From contig OY776215.1 in NCBI GenBank assembly GCA_963675495.1, forward strand, positions 864,001 to 928,000: 64,000 nt of DNA, in the 5' to 3' direction. The notes beneath the pieces are model-generated. The model saw only the letters and a program-made list of their open reading frames with translations. It was not told the DNA's origin and made no database searches. This DNA is from an uncultured Methanolobus sp. (GTDB lineage Archaea; Halobacteriota; Methanosarcinia; Methanosarcinales; Methanosarcinaceae). Position numbers and translations under genes: made by a program. Positions 41,724 through 52,843 of the stretch are shown here, in pieces. How positions within the stretch are numbered: position 1 is the first letter of the stretch; each line of letters starts with the position of its first letter.

Positions 41724-43043
41724 GTGTTCTATCAAGGAGAGATTATTATAATCCAGGTAATTCAATGGGGAATCGAACCTTTACATATTGTTTTTCTGGA
41801 AAAGATAATGCTTTCGCTGATGATAGGAATACTCATCGGCCTGGAAAGAGAACACTGGCGTGCAGATAAGAAGATATTTGCAGGTGTAAGGACCTTTGCG
41901 ATAACCTGTATAACAGGCACTCTTGCTACTTTCCTCGTTTCATATATTGGTATCTGGATACTTGTTGTAACAACCCTGCTAGCTGCCTTTTCTTCAGCAT
42001 CTCTCATATATATGGTCAACGTACTCAAAGGCAAATCAGGGCTCACAACTTCAATTGCACTCTTCTGTACATACCTCTTAGGAATAATGGTGGCCCAAGG
42101 ACTCTATCTGGTAGCAATAGTCATAGCACTCGTACTGACTTTCCTTTTGATCGAGAAAAAACCCCTGCACTCATTTGCAGAACATCTCTCAGAAAACGAT
42201 ATCGGTAGTGCTTTAAAATTCCTGGCAGTTGCTTTTGTCCTTTATCCTATAGTTCCGGAAGAACCTATCTACGGGATCATAAGGCTAAAGCAATCCATAC
42301 TCATCGTTGTGCTTGTATCGTTCATCAGTTTTGTAAGCTACCTGTCCCTGAAGAAGATGGGACCACAGGGAGGTATTCCTTATTCCGGTCTGTTTGGAGG
42401 ATTCATAAGCAGTGAGGCTACAATAGCCGCACTGTCAGGACTATCCAGAAAAAGACCAATACTTAAGGATTCTATCCACATTGGTGCGATGCTCTCTGTT
42501 GTTTCAATGATCATAAGCAACACAATAATAGCATTGATAGCGGATCCAAGTGCAAAGACCGCATCAATGATGGCACCACCTTTCATAGTAATGGGAATCA
42601 TTGCCATGGTTTTTGTAATACTGAAATGGAAGAAGACATTGAACATTGAAGAAAGTATTGAGATAGGATCACCCTTTGCCCTTGGTCCGGCATTCAAATT
42701 CGGGGCGGTTTTCACAATACTTCTCATAATTGCAAACTTTGCAAATGAGTATGCAGGAGCAGGAGGAGCCTATGCAACAGCACTTGGTGGAATTGTCAGC
42801 AGTTCTGCTGTGACAGCTTCAGTTGCAGCATTGGCATTCACAGGAAACCTGTCGGTCCAGACTGCCGCTGAGACCGCAATACTCGCAGGGCTTGTCAGCA
42901 CCCTCAGCAAACCACTTTACATAAAGATCAGCGGTTCACCGGAGTTATTCAGGACAGCACTGTTGTCATTCATCGCAATTGTAATCGCGGGGTCAGTTAC
43001 ACTTATAATATGGAGCTTTTACATGAGAGCATATCTGAGTTGA
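41724..43043 (+). CDS. MgtC/SapB-family membrane protein with DUF4010 domain
   Basis: GILIGLERE, FAGVRTF, GLTT, GLFGGFISSEAT, SPFALGPAFKFG; start uncertain. Confidence 0.88.
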   Translation: MFYQGEIIIIQVIQWGIEPLHIVFLEKIMLSLMIGILIGLEREHWRADKKIFAGVRTFAITCITGTLATFLVSYIGIWILVVTTLLAAFSSASLIYMVNVLKGKSGLTTSIALFCTYLLGIMVAQGLYLVAIVIALVLTFLLIEKKPLHSFAEHLSENDIGSALKFLAVAFVLYPIVPEEPIYGIIRLKQSILIVVLVSFISFVSYLSLKKMGPQGGIPYSGLFGGFISSEATIAALSGLSRKRPILKDSIHIGAMLSVVSMIISNTIIALIADPSAKTASMMAPPFIVMGIIAMVFVILKWKKTLNIEESIEIGSPFALGPAFKFGAVFTILLIIANFANEYAGAGGAYATALGGIVSSSAVTASVAALAFTGNLSVQTAAETAILAGLVSTLSKPLYIKISGSPELFRTALLSFIAIVIAGSVTLIIWSFYMRAYLS

Positions 43044-43099
43044 TTCGCCAATCTCTATAGCCATATATAAATAAGCAGTACTCTTTTTATTGATTAAAC

Positions 43100-44605
43100 A
43101 TGCTTGAAAATGTAGACCTCTCAAAAAGTATTAGCAAAGAAGAATACGATAATGTAATTGAAAATTTGAAGATACGAATTGGGGAACTGCAGAGAAAAGC
43201 ATGGAAAATGGATATACCTATCATTATAGTTTTTGAGGGATGGCATGCATCCGGCATGACCGATATAATAAACAAATTCCTTCTGACCCTCAACCCAATG
43301 GGATTTAATCTTTACACAACCGGAAAACCCTGTCATCAGGAAGAACAAAAACCACTTTTATGGCGATTCTGGACGAAGATACCAAAAAAAGGCAGCATTG
43401 CTATTTTTGACAGGAGCTGGTATCGCAGGATAACCGTCGAGCACAGCAGCAAAGGTAAAGCAAATGATAAGATGTCTAAATGTCTTGAAGGATCGAACTA
43501 TTTCGAAAGACAGTTAGCAGATGAGGGATATCTGCTCATCAAATTCTTCCTGCATATAAGTAAAGAAGAGCAGGGTAAAAGATATCGTGAGATGAAAAAA
43601 CAGGGTATACCAATGTTCATCGTTGAAGATGAAGAAGAACAGGAATACCTGAATGATTATGACAAACACCTGCCTTTGATAGAAGGGATTCTGGAAAGAA
43701 CAGACCGGACTTCTGCACCATGGACCATTGTAGAATCAGAAGACAAGAACTTTGCAACCATTAAAATACTTGCAAAGGTAATCGAATCTATTGAAAATAA
43801 GATACAAGACCACGAAAATGAAATAAAGATAAGTCAAAATCACCATAATGAAAATTGTATCATTCCCAACATAGATTCATCAATACTTGAAAAGACCGAT
43901 CTGGACAAAAGCCTCACTTATAAAGAATACAAAAAAGAGAAGAAAATATGCCAGAAAAAGATAACACAACTCCAGTATGAACTTTTTAAGCACCGTATAC
44001 CCCTCATCATTGTGTTTGAGGGATGGGATGCATCAGGAAAAGGAGGAGGGATAAGGCGGCTTGCCCAGAAATTAAATCCCAGACTTTATCAGGTAATTCC
44101 TGTTGGTGTTCCTTCACAAACAGAAATCGCACACCACTACCTTTGGAGATTCTATAACGAAATTCCGGAAGCAGGCCATATAGCAATATATGACCGAAGC
44201 TGGTACGGAAGAGTACTTGTTGAAAGAGTCGAAAAACTCTGCGATAACCCGGAATGGAAACGTGCGTACAGGGAGATAAATGAATTTGAAGAAACGCTTG
44301 CCAACTATGGCACTATCATCATCAAATTCTGGGCCCATATTGATAAGGAAGAACAACTTAAAAGATTCAAACAAAGGGAAAATATATCCCATAAACAGTG
44401 GAAGATAACTCCTGACGACTGGCGTAACAGGGAAAAGTGGGACCTTTACAAAGATGCTGCAGATGAAATGCTGCAAAAAACAAGCACTTCATGGGCACCG
44501 TGGACAATTCTGGAATCAAACGACAAGTATTACTCAAGGATAAAGATATTCCATACTGTTATTGACCGCATAGAAGAGGAGTTAAAACAGAGAGGACTTC
44601 AATAG
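43100..44605 (+). CDS. pap: Polyphosphate:AMP phosphotransferase (two-domain PPK2, class II)
   Basis: Two PPK2 domains with DRSWY motifs; Walker A degenerate in the N-domain (EGWHASGMT) and intact in the C-domain (EGWDASGKGG). Confidence 0.92.
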   Translation: MLENVDLSKSISKEEYDNVIENLKIRIGELQRKAWKMDIPIIIVFEGWHASGMTDIINKFLLTLNPMGFNLYTTGKPCHQEEQKPLLWRFWTKIPKKGSIAIFDRSWYRRITVEHSSKGKANDKMSKCLEGSNYFERQLADEGYLLIKFFLHISKEEQGKRYREMKKQGIPMFIVEDEEEQEYLNDYDKHLPLIEGILERTDRTSAPWTIVESEDKNFATIKILAKVIESIENKIQDHENEIKISQNHHNENCIIPNIDSSILEKTDLDKSLTYKEYKKEKKICQKKITQLQYELFKHRIPLIIVFEGWDASGKGGGIRRLAQKLNPRLYQVIPVGVPSQTEIAHHYLWRFYNEIPEAGHIAIYDRSWYGRVLVERVEKLCDNPEWKRAYREINEFEETLANYGTIIIKFWAHIDKEEQLKRFKQRENISHKQWKITPDDWRNREKWDLYKDAADEMLQKTSTSWAPWTILESNDKYYSRIKIFHTVIDRIEEELKQRGLQ

Positions 44606-45852
44606 TCTTCTCTGAAGTAAATGTCCCTTTCAAAAAGCAAACGCCACATGTCTGCTTTTGTATCTGCTCTGTCTACATCCACTTCAGCTCCTGAACCCTG
44701 TACTTTAATGATTATGTCTTCTTTTTGAAGATCAATACCAGTTATCATACTATTCATTCTGCTAAGATCCAGAGCATCTGCAATCCGCAGGATAGCTGCC
44801 ATTTTAAGAATATCGTCCTGCATCTCAGCAGTTAATCGGGAAAACTTCTTTTTAGCAGACAATTTCAGCAGCTTGTTCTTGTCTATTCTTTTCTTGTGAA
44901 GGAATGTTGTCCATGGAAGGAACAGGCAAAGAGGATATGGAAGTTCCTCCGGGCAGGAATCAAGAAGGATGTCCCTTCCTACTTTATGATGGGTCTTCAT
45001 ATCGGTCATGACACCTATGTCATGTACAAGAGCTGCAAATCTTAATGTCTGGCGCAGATTATCATCCAGATTGTGAATCGATTTTAAGGCGTCAAAAAGC
45101 TGTAGGGAATTTTCTGCAACCTTACGAGCATGTTCCTGTTCGATATTATACTCCTCGAACATATCCCTGAGAGGAGAATACACTATTTGTTTGTCTTTGG
45201 GAATGATCCCATAATCCATTATTTGAGCATCATTTCGAATATTTTCCATGAACAGTGCAAAACCATTGTCAAATTTGGAACTAGTTCCAACAAGCAGACC
45301 CACATCATCCCTGAAGAACGAAGCTACCTGATGAAGTTCAGCTTCTGTCCCATCACCCATGAGCTCGACCTCAAGCTCAAGATAGCTTTTTCTATTTTCA
45401 TCGCAAGCGACGATTACATCATCAAAACTCAATTCCAAAATGTGTCTTTCTTTATCATAGGCCTGAAAGTCCGTCCTTTTGTGTTCCACAGTAAATAGTG
45501 GAAATAGGCTTCCAGAACCTATTATATCTAATATCCGCTTTTTAAGGTCACATTCATCCCATTCTTTAACAGGAAGTTTCTTTAAAACAGTGAATTCTGT
45601 TTCTTCCCTGATATGAATAAGAGAACTGGCACTTTTCAGCGATTTGAGAGTATAGACTACCTTGTCTTTTTTTTCTCTGCACCTGAATGAGAAACCTGAA
45701 GCATATATTGCCATGTCCAGAGTATCAAGATAAGTATCCCTGAATTCTTTAGGCACAGGATCTGAAATACTAAACCCAGCTATTGAGCTTATACTCATGA
45801 GTTCATCAAAGGTATCACGCTCTGAAACAAGGAACTTCGCTTCAATTTCCAT
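44599..45852 (-). CDS. CYTH (triphosphate tunnel) domain fused to a Ppx-C-terminal-like HD domain
   Basis: MEIEAKF (ExExK), DTYLDT, REETE, ELEVEL, SKF; then EHARKV, LVHDIG, HHKVG, LRIADALD. Confidence 0.85.
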   Translation of the reverse strand: MEIEAKFLVSERDTFDELMSISSIAGFSISDPVPKEFRDTYLDTLDMAIYASGFSFRCREKKDKVVYTLKSLKSASSLIHIREETEFTVLKKLPVKEWDECDLKKRILDIIGSGSLFPLFTVEHKRTDFQAYDKERHILELSFDDVIVACDENRKSYLELEVELMGDGTEAELHQVASFFRDDVGLLVGTSSKFDNGFALFMENIRNDAQIMDYGIIPKDKQIVYSPLRDMFEEYNIEQEHARKVAENSLQLFDALKSIHNLDDNLRQTLRFAALVHDIGVMTDMKTHHKVGRDILLDSCPEELPYPLCLFLPWTTFLHKKRIDKNKLLKLSAKKKFSRLTAEMQDDILKMAAILRIADALDLSRMNSMITGIDLQKEDIIIKVQGSGAEVDVDRADTKADMWRLLFERDIYFREDY

Positions 45853-46293
45853 AAAAGAAATACGATGTCTTAAGTTAAAAGTTTTCTATTCAGGAGCAGG
45901 TATCTTTTTGCTAACCTCGTTTTTTCCCTTGATTTCACTGGCTGGAGTAGGTTGAATGATATATTGTGTGCTGTTGTAAAGACATCCTTTCAGTTACTGC
46001 AATTATATTGATATTACTCCTAGAAGAAAAAACAATTACTAAAAGAAGATTAAAAATAGAAAAGAAAGGGGCTCTTTAGAAAACCTCATGATCAAGGTGC
46101 AAACAACAATATCTAATTAATTAAAATGTGCTCGCGGATACTGGGACTATTTATACCTATGAATTTGCATCCGAACATACAATTGAGTATAATTATGTCT
46201 ATATATAACCTATAATCTATAAAAAGATACAAATGTTTATGCATTTAACTGTATTCTTGCGGAAATGCCAGCTTTCCCACTGGTAAAAAGAAA

Positions 46294-46785
46294 TTGATCA
46301 AATGGATAAATGTAAGCCTTAAAGGCAAAAATGGCAAGATTTTGAGAGTTCTCGCATCAGGTGAAGATATTACTAAACAGAGAGAAGTGGAAGAAGAACT
46401 AAAAGAGAGCAAGAGAAAATACCGTCTTCTTGCTGAAAACACTCTTGACAGTATATGGCAGCTGGACGAAAACCTTGTATGTACCTACGCCAATCCTGCT
46501 ACAATACCAATAACAGGTCTTAAATCTGAAGATATAGTCGGGACTAAACTTCAGGAACAATTCCCTGAAAATGAAATACAAAAAATGGAAGACGCAATGA
46601 AGTATTCTATGGAACATATCTATGATGGTGAATTTACGAAAATTGAAACATCCATATACGACAAAAAAAGGAATCTTGTACCCATAGAGATATATGCTAA
46701 AAAATTACTTGATGAGAGCGGAAACTTTTGTGGGTTTCAGGGAAGCACCAGAAAAAAATCAGATACTTACGATCCACCAAAATAA
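46294..46785 (+). pseudogene. PAC-PAS sensor fragment (truncated signal-transduction gene or stand-alone PAS)
   Basis: GEDITKQREVEEELKESKRKYRLLAENTLDSIW...; begins within a PAC motif with an in-frame TAA upstream; no kinase domain. Confidence 0.5.
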
Positions 46786-47025
46786 CTCATACATACCCCA
46801 CAAAAAACAGCATGCTAATTTTTATTAATTAATAATTATATTTGAGCACCGGCTTGCTTTTTTTATTAACGATTGTGAGGGACATACAGAATATATAAAC
46901 TGTTCACCAGAAACTACATAAAAGAACATGATATATATCATACAATTCCATCTGACACGGAGTTAGATGATTCTCTATTATAATTTAATCACTCATACTA
47001 TTACATAATTTCCCGGAGGATTCCT

Positions 47026-48756
47026 ATGAAAGTAAAAATAACTGAAACTATTCTTCGAGATGCGCATCAATCCCTTATTGCCACAAGAATGCGCACCCGT
47101 AATATGCTTCCAATTGTGGACAAGCTTGATGAAGTCGGATACTACTCACTTGAGATGTGGGGAGGAGCCACATTTGACAGCTCCATAAGATATCTCAATG
47201 AGGACCCATGGGAAAGGTTGAGAGACCTTAAAAAACACATGCATGAAACCCCTGCACAGATGCTCCTCAGAGGACAGAATCTGGTAGGATACAGACACTA
47301 TTCCGATGATGTTGTAGAAAAATTCGTTAAAAAAGCCCATGAGAATGGTATTGATATCTTCCGGGTGTTCGATGCTGTAAATGACATTCGTAATATGGAA
47401 AAAGCCATCACAGTAGCTAAAAAGGATGGAGCTGAAGTACAAGGAGCCATAGCCTACACCATCAGTCCAGTCCATACAATTGAAAAATATGTAGAGCTTG
47501 CAACCGGACTTGCAGAACTTGGATGCGATTCCCTTTGTATCAAGGACATGGCGGGCCTTATATCGCCACAACAGGCATATGATCTCGTGAAAGCTCTCAA
47601 GACAGAAGTGAATCTTCCTGTTGACCTACACTCTCACTGCACATCAGGAATGGCACCTATGAGCTACACAGCAGCATGCAGAGCAGGCGTTGATATACTT
47701 GATACTGCGCTTTCCCCCTTTGCATGGGGAACATCACAGCCACCAACTGAATCAATTGTGGCTGCACTTGCTGAAACAAAGCGCGCTACAGGACTTGACC
47801 TTGAGCTGATATCAGAGATATCACAATATTTCAAGGAAATAAAAGAACACTACCGCTGTATACTTGATCCAATCTCCGAACAGATAGACACCAATGTGTT
47901 GCTTTACCAGATACCCGGAGGGATGCTTTCAAATCTTGTATCCCAGCTCAAAGAGCAGAATGCACTGGATAAATTCGATGAGGTTCTCAAGGAAATGCCG
48001 CTTGTACGTGCAGAACTCGGATACCCTCCACTTGTTACACCTACCAGCCAGATAGTAGGTACCCAGGCAGTACTCAATGTGCTCATGGGTGAGAGATACA
48101 AGGTAATTCCAAAGGAAGTCAAAGATTATGTTCGCGGTCTTTACGGAAGACCACCACAGAAGATCAGTGATGAGATAGTTGCAAAGATAATCGGTGAAGA
48201 AGAACCAATTACCAGCAGACCTGCAGACCTTCTCCAGCCAGAGTATGAGAAGATGAAGAAGGAAGCAGAAGAAATGGGCATCGTCAAAAAGGAAGAAGAT
48301 ATCCTCACTTACATACTTTATCCAGCAATAGCTCCTGCATTCCTGAAAGGAGAACTTGAAGAAGAAGACCTTACACCAATTATGGAGAAGAAACACCCAT
48401 GTGCTGCTTCATCGGATGTTTCCGGAATACCAACTGACTACAAGGTTGAAGTTGACGGGGAAGTTTTCAATGTAAAGGTAAACCCCGTTGGTGGTTCAGT
48501 TAAAGTCGTAGAAACAGATGAAAAGCCGACTGCAGATTCCGTAGCCGGGGCAGTTACAAGCCATATGCAGGGAATGGTGCTTTCCATAAAGGTCCATGTA
48601 GGAGACAAAATAGAAGAAGGTGACACAGTCTGTGTCATTGAAGCTATGAAGATGGAAAATGCAATCCATGCACCACATGGAGGAACCGTCAAAGCAATAC
48701 TTATCGCAGATGGTGATGCTGTAAAATCCGGTGATGTACTGATGAGTATAGAGTAG
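47026..48756 (+). CDS. pycB: Pyruvate carboxylase subunit B (carboxyltransferase plus biotin carrier)
   Basis: LRDAHQSLIATR, WGGATFD, IKDMAG, HSHCT, VTPTSQIVG, EAMKM; followed by biotin carboxylase. Confidence 0.93.
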   Translation: MKVKITETILRDAHQSLIATRMRTRNMLPIVDKLDEVGYYSLEMWGGATFDSSIRYLNEDPWERLRDLKKHMHETPAQMLLRGQNLVGYRHYSDDVVEKFVKKAHENGIDIFRVFDAVNDIRNMEKAITVAKKDGAEVQGAIAYTISPVHTIEKYVELATGLAELGCDSLCIKDMAGLISPQQAYDLVKALKTEVNLPVDLHSHCTSGMAPMSYTAACRAGVDILDTALSPFAWGTSQPPTESIVAALAETKRATGLDLELISEISQYFKEIKEHYRCILDPISEQIDTNVLLYQIPGGMLSNLVSQLKEQNALDKFDEVLKEMPLVRAELGYPPLVTPTSQIVGTQAVLNVLMGERYKVIPKEVKDYVRGLYGRPPQKISDEIVAKIIGEEEPITSRPADLLQPEYEKMKKEAEEMGIVKKEEDILTYILYPAIAPAFLKGELEEEDLTPIMEKKHPCAASSDVSGIPTDYKVEVDGEVFNVKVNPVGGSVKVVETDEKPTADSVAGAVTSHMQGMVLSIKVHVGDKIEEGDTVCVIEAMKMENAIHAPHGGTVKAILIADGDAVKSGDVLMSIE

Positions 48757-48766
48757 GTGAGCTGGC

Positions 48767-50239
48767 ATGTTCAAGAAAGTACTTGTAGCTAACCGAGGTG
48801 AGATAGCCATCCGTGCAATGCGTGCATGTCGTGAGCTTGGTGTCCAGACCGTGGCAGTGTACTCAGAAGCTGACAGTAATGCTCTTTTTGCAAAATATGC
48901 GGATGAAGCATACCTGATAGGTCCTGCACCTTCCAGTCAGAGTTACCTGAACGGAGACAAGATAATAGAAGTCGCACTTGAATGCGGAGCAGAGGGTATT
49001 CACCCAGGATATGGATTCTTATCCGAGAACAGTAAATTTGCCCGCAAGTGTGAGGAAGCAGGAATTACTTTTATAGGACCTTCAAGTAAGTCCATTGAGC
49101 AAATGGGAAGCAAAATTGCTGCCAGAAATACCATGATAGAAGCAGGTGTACCAGTAGTTCCCGGAATAAATGAAGCCATATCTGACCCTGAAAAAGCAGC
49201 AGATATCGCAGATGGTATCGGTTACCCCGTCATAATCAAAGCATCTGCTGGCGGTGGCGGGATAGGAATGAAAATCGTTAATTCAAGAAAAGAATTTCAT
49301 AGTTCCCTCCATTCCATACAATCAGTAGCACAATCAGCTTTTGGAGACTCAACTGTTTTTATTGAAAAATATGTAGAAGAACCAAGACATATTGAATTCC
49401 AGATACTTGCAGACAAATATGGAAACACAGTATATGTTATGGAGAGGGAATGTTCCATACAGCGCAGACACCAGAAACTTATCGAAGAGGCTCCATCTCC
49501 TGTAATGACACCTGAACTTCGCAAGCAGATGGGCGAAACTGCTGTTAAGGCTGCAAAAGCAATCGGATATGAAAATGCAGGAACTGTCGAATTCCTTTAC
49601 TCTAAAGGGGATTTCTATTTCCTTGAGGTCAATACAAGATTGCAGGTGGAACACACCATCAGCGAGATGATCACTGGTATAGATCTTGCAAAACAGCAAC
49701 TTCATATTGCATGCGGTGAGGAATTACCATTCAAACAGGAAGATATCAAGATCAATGGCTGGGCAATCGAATGTCGCCTTAATGCTGAAGACCCGCTGAA
49801 CGACTTTGCACCATCTCCCGGAAAGATAAGAAGATATCGTTCTGCAGGCGGACCAGGTATCAGAGTTGACAGTGGAGTCCACATGGGATACACCATTTCA
49901 CCGTACTATGATTCCATGATCTCAAAGCTCTGTGCATGGGGAAGTGACAGGGACGAAGCCATTGACAGAATGCAGCGTGCATTGTACGAATATGTGGTCG
50001 TCGGAGTCACAACCAATATCCCATTCCACAAAGCAGTCCTGAAACATCCTGCATTCAGGGAAGGAAAACTTACTACTCATTTCATAGAGGACAACAACAT
50101 CATAGAAGATGTGAAAAAAGTCGTGGAAGAAGATACTACCAAAGGTGTTACCCTGGCTTCAGTACTCGATAACAAGGATCTGAAAATAGCTGCCGTAACA
50201 GCTGCTGTAAGCTCATATGTAAATGCTGCCAAAAAATAG
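48767..50239 (+). CDS. pycA: Pyruvate carboxylase subunit A (biotin carboxylase)
   Basis: [45 protein letters not shown]. Confidence 0.95.
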   Translation: MFKKVLVANRGEIAIRAMRACRELGVQTVAVYSEADSNALFAKYADEAYLIGPAPSSQSYLNGDKIIEVALECGAEGIHPGYGFLSENSKFARKCEEAGITFIGPSSKSIEQMGSKIAARNTMIEAGVPVVPGINEAISDPEKAADIADGIGYPVIIKASAGGGGIGMKIVNSRKEFHSSLHSIQSVAQSAFGDSTVFIEKYVEEPRHIEFQILADKYGNTVYVMERECSIQRRHQKLIEEAPSPVMTPELRKQMGETAVKAAKAIGYENAGTVEFLYSKGDFYFLEVNTRLQVEHTISEMITGIDLAKQQLHIACGEELPFKQEDIKINGWAIECRLNAEDPLNDFAPSPGKIRRYRSAGGPGIRVDSGVHMGYTISPYYDSMISKLCAWGSDRDEAIDRMQRALYEYVVVGVTTNIPFHKAVLKHPAFREGKLTTHFIEDNNIIEDVKKVVEEDTTKGVTLASVLDNKDLKIAAVTAAVSSYVNAAKK

Positions 50240-50277
50240 AGAATGTAATTAATCTCTGGCAGCAACATATATCTTAG

Positions 50278-51282
50278 TTGGGAACTAAACTTTCATATGG
50301 TGGGATGCCTGTGAATGACAACAGAAAAGAGATTATAAGACTGTTAAGGCAATCTGAAGGAAATCCGGTTTCAGGTCAGGAGATAGGAGAAAAACTGGGC
50401 ATATCCAGGGCAATGGTATGGAAATATGTAAGAAATCTCAGAAGAGAAGGGTATGACATTCGTTCTTCTCCAAAGATAGGTTACATACTTGATGCATACC
50501 CTGACAGAATAGATCCTGATGAACTGAAAATGATTTTGAAAACAAGTCTCATAGGAACTAATATCAATTATCATTCGGAACTGGAGTCAACCAATAATAC
50601 GGCCAGAGAAATTGCATTGAAAGCATCCGAAGGTACTGTGGTCATTGCAGAAACACAGAAAAACGGCCGCGGACGTATGGGGAATGAATGGCAATCAAAC
50701 CCTGGTGGAGTATGGTTGTCCCTTATTTTAAAGCCAACTATACCACTTGACAACCTTTCGAAGATAACACTTGTAGCAGGTATTGCTGTAACGAATGCAT
50801 TAAGAGATGCAGGAGTAGATGCTCACATTAAATGGCCAAATGACGTACTTGTTAAAGGCAAAAAGATATGTGGCATACTTACAGAGGTCAGTGCTGAAGT
50901 TGACAAGGTCGACTATGTGATCCTTGGAATTGGCATAAATGCAAACGTCAAAATTGACGACCTTAAAGAAGATATTAGAAAAAAATCAACGAGTATTGCT
51001 CATGAAGTAGGAAAAGCGGTCAACAGAACTACTTTCATTGCATCCCTTCTTTATGAACTGGAACAACAATACATAAAGTTCAAAACACAAAAATTCACGG
51101 ATATCGTTGACGAATGGATCAATCTCTCTGATACAATTGGAAAGGAAGTTAGGATAAGGACACAAAACACACTCATTGAAGGCAAGGCTGTTGGAATTAC
51201 TGAAAAGGGAGCAATTGTTATCCTTGACAGGGATAAAAAAAGACATGAGATTATTGCAGGCAACTGTCGCTATAGCAATTGA
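50278..51282 (+). CDS. birA: Biotin protein ligase with N-terminal HTH (BirA type)
   Basis: SGQEIGEKLGISRAMVWK, STN, QKNGRGRMG, KWPND, KKICGIL; real start likely 50305 or 50311. Confidence 0.93.
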   Translation: MGTKLSYGGMPVNDNRKEIIRLLRQSEGNPVSGQEIGEKLGISRAMVWKYVRNLRREGYDIRSSPKIGYILDAYPDRIDPDELKMILKTSLIGTNINYHSELESTNNTAREIALKASEGTVVIAETQKNGRGRMGNEWQSNPGGVWLSLILKPTIPLDNLSKITLVAGIAVTNALRDAGVDAHIKWPNDVLVKGKKICGILTEVSAEVDKVDYVILGIGINANVKIDDLKEDIRKKSTSIAHEVGKAVNRTTFIASLLYELEQQYIKFKTQKFTDIVDEWINLSDTIGKEVRIRTQNTLIEGKAVGITEKGAIVILDRDKKRHEIIAGNCRYSN

Positions 51283-51302
51283 TCCAATGAAGTGATACTT
51301 TC

Positions 51303-51890
51303 ATGTTATACTCAAACAGAACCTGCAATATTGTAATTGCATTTATACTTTTTATTTCAATAGCATCATCGGCATGTGCTGACTCAGTATTCACAAGGGA
51401 CTACAATGAACCCTTAATCATAAGAGAGTACAGAGAACCTTTGTTGATAAACGGAAGTGGAATATTCCTGACAACCGGAAACTCATGGAATTTCTATCAG
51501 GGATATGTTTTTATGGTCAATAGTGTGAATCTTGAGACAAAACAGGTATGGGTTAAACTCCTTCATGAAGATGAACTCCTAAAAGAAGAAATCCTGTCTG
51601 AAAATGATAATTTTATCTATTCTAAAGAAGAAGAAGAAATTCTGAATATTACAGTGGATACGATATACATAAGTTCTGGCAAAGAACTCATTACTTTCAA
51701 ACCGGTGTACCAATATCAGGATAGTGATTACCCAGATGCTGTACTGGAAGAGGATGAAGATAACACCAATCAAAGCAATGACTTGCAACTGCCTGAAAAC
51801 AGCAGCATTGGAAAAACAAGTGGATTTACGATACTCCAGACATTTGCATGCGTATCTTTCTTAATGGTGTTCAAGCGCATGTTAAATTGA
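51303..51890 (+). CDS. Secreted S-layer-domain-like protein with PGF-CTERM-like anchor
   Basis: Signal peptide; WNFYQGY...QVWVKL resembles Methanosarcina S-layer repeat; TSGF plus TM plus basic tail. Confidence 0.6.
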   Translation: MLYSNRTCNIVIAFILFISIASSACADSVFTRDYNEPLIIREYREPLLINGSGIFLTTGNSWNFYQGYVFMVNSVNLETKQVWVKLLHEDELLKEEILSENDNFIYSKEEEEILNITVDTIYISSGKELITFKPVYQYQDSDYPDAVLEEDEDNTNQSNDLQLPENSSIGKTSGFTILQTFACVSFLMVFKRMLN

Positions 51891-51919
51891 ACTAAAATAA
51901 AGAATAGAGAAAAAGAAGA

Positions 51920-52843
51920 TCAGAATTTAAGATCTCCCTTATCCATTAATACTTTAAGGTCCTCAAGACTCAGGCGGCCACTTTTTTCCAGTTTCTCTTT
52001 AGCGACAACAAGATGTTCTTCCTGTTTCCTGTCATCTTTTTCAACCTGGATATCATTGAGCTTTTCAAGATAAACACCAAGTTCATCCCTGAGCAATTCG
52101 ATCTTCTTCTTAAGGGGATCGATCTTTTCCCTTATAGGCGCAGTTACAGCATATTTCTCAGATATCTGAGAGTGTGCTTCATCGGCAGCTTTTCTGAATT
52201 CATCTGCCTGATTATAGAAATCGATCATTTCAAGATGGTATTTCTGGGATTCTTCTGCAAGCTTACCAATCTCATCACCAAAATCTTCTCTTGAATCAAA
52301 CACATCTTTTGAAGCTTCATATGTTTGCATTAATTTCTGATGGATATCGTTTGCATCAAATGCTGCCCCAAGACGCTCTTTAAGATCCATTAACCTACTA
52401 AAGAGATCGACCTCATGCTTCAACGGAATATCAGCATTCAGGAAGAGATCAAGGTCTGCAGCATAGGCTTTTGAAAGAGTTTCAACACTACCCTTAGATA
52501 ACTTGTTGAGATCATCCCTCTTTGTCTTAAGTTCATTGATGTTATCTGAAAACTTACGTGTCTTTTCATTAACTTCATTTCTTGAAGACTTCAAGGCAGC
52601 TATCTTTGCATTGATAGAATCTCTCTTGGACTTGACATCACGTGCCTTTGCCACCAGACCTTTTACCTTGGAATTTAGACCATCACGCTTCTTTTTTAAG
52701 TCATCTGTGTTGGTTCGATGAAGTTTGAGTTCCCTGAAGATACCTTTAAGCTCACGCTCATGGTGACCTACTTGAGTGCGGATGTCGTTCACTTTGTTCT
52801 TCAGCTCTTTTTCATTCATTGATGAAACATCTATATCAGTCAT
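51920..52843 (-). CDS. Archaeal coiled-coil protein (COG1340-like)
   Basis: KRDxLN repeats; C-terminal EKLEKSGRLSLEDL. Confidence 0.8.
   Translation of the reverse strand: MTDIDVSSMNEKELKNKVNDIRTQVGHHERELKGIFRELKLHRTNTDDLKKKRDGLNSKVKGLVAKARDVKSKRDSINAKIAALKSSRNEVNEKTRKFSDNINELKTKRDDLNKLSKGSVETLSKAYAADLDLFLNADIPLKHEVDLFSRLMDLKERLGAAFDANDIHQKLMQTYEASKDVFDSREDFGDEIGKLAEESQKYHLEMIDFYNQADEFRKAADEAHSQISEKYAVTAPIREKIDPLKKKIELLRDELGVYLEKLNDIQVEKDDRKQEEHLVVAKEKLEKSGRLSLEDLKVLMDKGDLKF

Noticed and set aside
47026-48756. Oxaloacetate decarboxylase alpha subunit (oadA) call
   Set aside because: Adjacent to biotin carboxylase and biotin ligase with no oadB/oadG, so pyruvate carboxylase B fits better
51920-52843. 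'Phosphoserine phosphatase' or SMC label for the coiled-coil protein
   Set aside because: No HAD or Walker motifs; purely coiled coil
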